A stretch of DNA of 10,942 nucleotides from Octopus sinensis (Eukaryota). This document shows positions 7,883-10,942 of this stretch, piece by piece. Below the pieces are notes generated by a model. That model was not told where the DNA came from, did no database searches, and saw nothing but the letters and a program-made list of their open reading frames with translations. Numbering within the stretch: position 1 is the first letter of the stretch; every line of letters begins with the position of its first letter. The stretch covers positions 1 through 10,942 of the forward strand of contig NW_021827274.1 in assembly GCF_006345805.1 (NCBI RefSeq), given 5' to 3'. Position numbers and translations under genes: made by a program.

Positions 7883-7970
7883 CTCGATAAGAAAAATAAC
7901 GGAGATTGCCTTGACGTATTCTAGTGTTAGTTAATCCATTCACCAGAACGTTTGTCCCGTTCATTAATTT
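7883..7970 (-). CDS. Candidate internal coding exon (88 nt): KLMNGTNVLVNGLTNTRIRQGNLRYFSYR(G)
   Basis: Flanked by tacag| (AG 7972-7971) and GAG|GTAAAA (GT 7882-7881). Open frame of 29 codons + 1 nt that joins in frame to 4118. The polypyrimidine tract is weak and no homology was recognised. Confidence 0.45.
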
Positions 7971-8229
7971 CTGTACGCAAATCGTTTTTTAAAGCAAATC
8001 GTTTTTTAAAAATTGTCGCAAAGTAGAACTTTGGTGTGATACCCTAATTTGCATATCGTGGAAATTTGTCGGTGTTGTTATTAAATAATTAATAAATATT
8101 TATGCACATCACAGCGTCTGTTAGAATAATTAAGTTAGCTTTCATATATTTAAATTATAGTTTTTGAGTCTTTCAATGTGAATAGATATCAATACACAAA
8201 CACACGCACACACAAGCGTTCATACATTC

Positions 8230-8481
8230 ATGTATGTATGTGTGTGTGTATATGTGTGTGTGTATGTATGTGGGTATGTGTGTGCATGTATGTGTGTGTA
8301 TGTATGTGTGTATGCATGTATGTATGCACAGGTGTATATGTACGTATTCTACGTAGCACAAATATGTTCCTATGAACAGGCAACATTTCTTTCTTTATCT
8401 CTCTCTCTCTCTCTCAATATATATACATGTGTGTGTGTTTATGTGTGTGTATATGTACATATATATATATATCATATTACT

Positions 8482-8525
<44 letters not shown>

Positions 8526-8551
8526 GTGTATGTATGTGTATAATATATATA
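8230..8551. repeat. Compound (TG/TATG)n, (TC)n and (TA)n low-complexity region
   Basis: Directly visible, and the source of four spurious ORFs. Confidence 0.93.
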
Positions 8552-8706
8552 AACGAAACTATTTTGGCAAATTAAATTAAATGTTGAAGTGAATCTAACG
8601 GTTTTTGTGTTTCTTAAATGGCTTATAAACACCTTCCACGCTGCAATTGTTTTCGTTCCAGCACACGATCTCAACTCAGGTCACTTGCTATGCAAGTACA
8701 TCTCCG

Positions 8707-8708
<2 letters not shown>

Positions 8709-8768
<60 letters not shown>

Positions 8769-8770
8769 TG

Positions 8771-8817
<47 letters not shown>

Positions 8818-8826
8818 AGATAATAG

Positions 8827-8860
<34 letters not shown>
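8709..8860. repeat. (TA)n(GA)n(GATA)n compound microsatellite
   Basis: Directly visible. Confidence 0.97.
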
Positions 8861-8861
<1 letters not shown>

Positions 8862-8890
8862 ATTACATATTACTTATATATTATGTATGT

Positions 8891-8964
8891 ATGTGTATGC
8901 ATATGTATTTCGAAGATCCTTTGCCACTTAACGCAAAATTCAAAAAGCCAACCTCGTCAGACAT
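8891..8964 (-). ncRNA. Hammerhead-like motif with long helix II
   Basis: AUGU-CUGACGA-G...(42 nt including hairpin UUUUGC/GCAAAG)...C-GAAA, near-palindrome AUACAUAUGCAU, then A-C-ACAU. Core boxes are canonical, but the 3' part overlaps a TATG repeat and the base of helix II pairs poorly. Confidence 0.4.
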
Positions 8965-9001
8965 TGTGTTACTCTAAACCTCCCTAAGGATTACATTAAT
9001 G

Positions 9002-9003
<2 letters not shown>

Positions 9004-9096
<93 letters not shown>
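9004..9096. repeat. (CA)n + (TA)n microsatellite
   Basis: Directly visible. Confidence 0.97.
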
Positions 9097-9099
<3 letters not shown>

Positions 9100-9303
9100 C
9101 AGAATATTCGACCACTTCAATATTAATTCAACGTGCGGGTTCACCAACGACTGACTGCTCACCGTCGAAATCAACGAAGGCTCCTCCATTCTCTTATATA
9201 AACATATTATCTATTGTATGTATGTCGCTAAGAAGCCACTAGACGAGCGTCACTGGTTTGCTGTTGTTTTTCCATTACAAAGTAGTTTAAACAAATATAT
9301 TAG

Positions 9304-9579
9304 GTGTTTAGAGTTGGTGTATTTTGTTTAGATTCTCGTAGGTGGATGAGACTTTAATCTTTAATCTTTAGTCTTTTATCTATTATTTGTTTCAGTCATT
9401 AGACTGTGGCCATGCTTCAGCACTGCCTTGAAGACATTTTAGTGTTCAGTGTTGTTATATCTTGTTCAGATTCTCGATGGTGGGTGAGACTTTAATCTTT
9501 AATCTTTAATCTTTTATCTCTTATTTGTTTCAATCACTAGACTGTGGCCATGCTGCAGTACAGCCTGGAAGAGCTTTTA
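9304..9579. repeat. Diverged 138-bp tandem duplication spanning a SINE tail and its flank
   Basis: gattctcg at 9331 and 9469. Both units carry gagactttaatctttaatcttta...tagactgtggccatgct. Confidence 0.9.
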
Positions 9580-9913
9580 GCCGAATGAATCGACCCCAGG
9601 ACTTATTGGTTTTCTTTAAAGCGTTGTATTTGTTCTATCGGTCAGTTTTAACGAAACGCTAAGTTACGGAGATGTTAACAAACCTACACCAGTTGTCAAA
9701 CGGTGTAAGGTACAAACACATACGCAAAGACACATATGAATAGGTACATACGATGGGATTCTTTTAGGTTCTGTCTACCAAATCCACGTACAAGGCTTTG
9801 GTTGACCTGAGGCTATAGTAGAAGACATTTGCCCAAGGTGCCGCACAGTGAGACGGAACCCAGAACCATGTGGTTAGGTAGCAAACTTCTTACCACTCAT
9901 CCATGCCTGCACC
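9490..9913 (-). mobile_element. SINE family B, near full length
   Basis: Minus-strand head ggtgcaggcatggatgagtggtaagaagtttgct...catggttctgggttccgtctcactgtgcggcaccttgggcaa. Body homologous to 3424-3846. (AAAGAT/TAAAGAT)-like tail. Confidence 0.88.
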
Positions 9914-9952
9914 TAACTTGACGGGCAACATATAACCACGTCATAACGTTTT

Positions 9953-10150
9953 GCTGTGTGGCCTAATGGTTAGGGTGTTGGAGCCACAAGCGTAAGGGCC
10001 TAGGTTCAATTTCAGGATTGGGAAGCGCACAGGGTCCTTGAGCGAATTAGATTTTTTTTAATGCAACCTCAGTAAAAGTGGCTGAAAATGTGTATCATCT
10101 GAATACTGGAACAGTTTAATCTCTAGATTTAGCGATCACATCCCGGATGT
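9953..10150 (+). mobile_element. Decayed tRNA-derived SINE head and start of body
   Basis: A box tggcctaatgg (9959-9969), B-box-like ggttcaatttc (10003-10013), followed by gtccttgagc typical of SINE central domains. 3' boundary uncertain. Confidence 0.6.
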
Positions 10151-10160
10151 TCCTCTAGAT

Positions 10161-10418
10161 CAGTGGTCCTCAACCGGGGCCCACGTGGCCCTTGGGAGGA
10201 GTTCCATATAAGATCTTGATTGTTAAAAATTATGTGCAATAAATTGATTATGCTTCTAAAATACACAAAATATTCTAACAATTTTTATACAATTCCTAGT
10301 AATATTTAATTCTAAAAATATAATAATAGGATTTTTTAACATTGAATGGCTTTGAGGGACCACTCGAATAAAGAAGAATCAAAGGGGTCTATAGCTGAAA
10401 AGTGGTTGAGAACCTCTG
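10161..10418. mobile_element. hAT (Charlie-like) MITE
   Basis: TIRs cagtggtcctcaacc / ggttgagaacctctg (13/15). The left flank ctctagat fits the NTCTAGAN target preference. The right TSD is degenerate (cgcaaagt). Confidence 0.78.
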
Positions 10419-10665
10419 CGCAAAGTGAAGGTGGAAGAGTCAAGAGGATTTCTTTGGCTACCTGCGACTATACAGGCACCTAAAAGAATTAGTGAAAGCA
10501 TCGTACATGTTAGCAAACCATACTTGTTTGAAGGAAGTAGCCATGGGGTATATTGTGTTTATTTAGAAGGAGTTTCCTTTCCTCTGTTGGTGACAGATGG
10601 TTACCTATATATCGGAATAGGTGATGAAGGGGGTTGAAAAGTTCAGATAATCAGGAGATGACATA

Positions 10666-10942
10666 GATGCAGGAGTGGATATGTCTAAGAAGTTTGCTTC
10701 CCCACTACAGGGTTTTAGGTTCAAACCCACTGCGCGGCACATTGAGCAAGCACTTGTGAGTGGATTTCGTAGACGGAAACTGAAGGAATCCGGTCGTAAA
10801 TGAAGGTGGGTGTGCGCGCGTGCGTGCGTGCGTGCGTGTGTCTGTCATTGCGTCTGTGTTTGTTTCACATCTCACCGCTTGACAACTAGCGTTGGTATGC
10901 TTATGTTCCTGTAACTAGCGGTTATGCAAAAGGGACCGATAG
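10666..10942 (+). mobile_element. SINE family B, cut by the window end
   Basis: gatgcaggagtgg...aagaagtttgcttcc...ggttcaaacccactgcgcggcac, tgtgagtggatttcgtagacggaaactgaa, internal (GCGT)n and ccgcttgacaac match the other copies. Confidence 0.85.

Noticed and set aside
928-10637. All supplied ORFs as protein-coding genes
   Set aside because: They are short and mostly read through microsatellites or SINE/Helitron/MITE sequence. Only 2688..2888 (-) contains recognisable decayed transposon protein sequence.
10425-10637. 70-aa ORF in complex sequence
   Set aside because: GTG start, no recognisable motif and no convincing splice signals. Probably an unclassified repeat, but I cannot support a call.
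10624-10645. Mariner-like TIR start (atgaagggggttgaaaagttc), similar to 4988-5009
   Set aside because: Short single end with no partner inside the window.

Overview
AT-rich, microsatellite-dense animal DNA made almost entirely of nested transposable-element debris. The SINE families and compound microsatellites look to me like an octopus/cephalopod genome (from recall, not a search). None of the supplied ORFs is a credible intact gene. The window holds about ten copies of 3-4 tRNA-derived SINE families (three with exact target-site duplications), a non-autonomous Helitron, mariner-, pogo/Tigger- and hAT-type MITEs, a decayed restriction-like-endonuclease (HERO-like) LINE 3' end, and several probable Penelope-like element (PLE) fragments. 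The most striking signal is a near-canonical minimal type I hammerhead ribozyme at 5402-5452 (+) inside a 59-bp inverted repeat, plus four variant or decayed hammerhead-like motifs on the minus strand. Two phase-compatible candidate exons on the minus strand (7970-7883, 4118-4033) may be the 3' end of an unidentified host gene.
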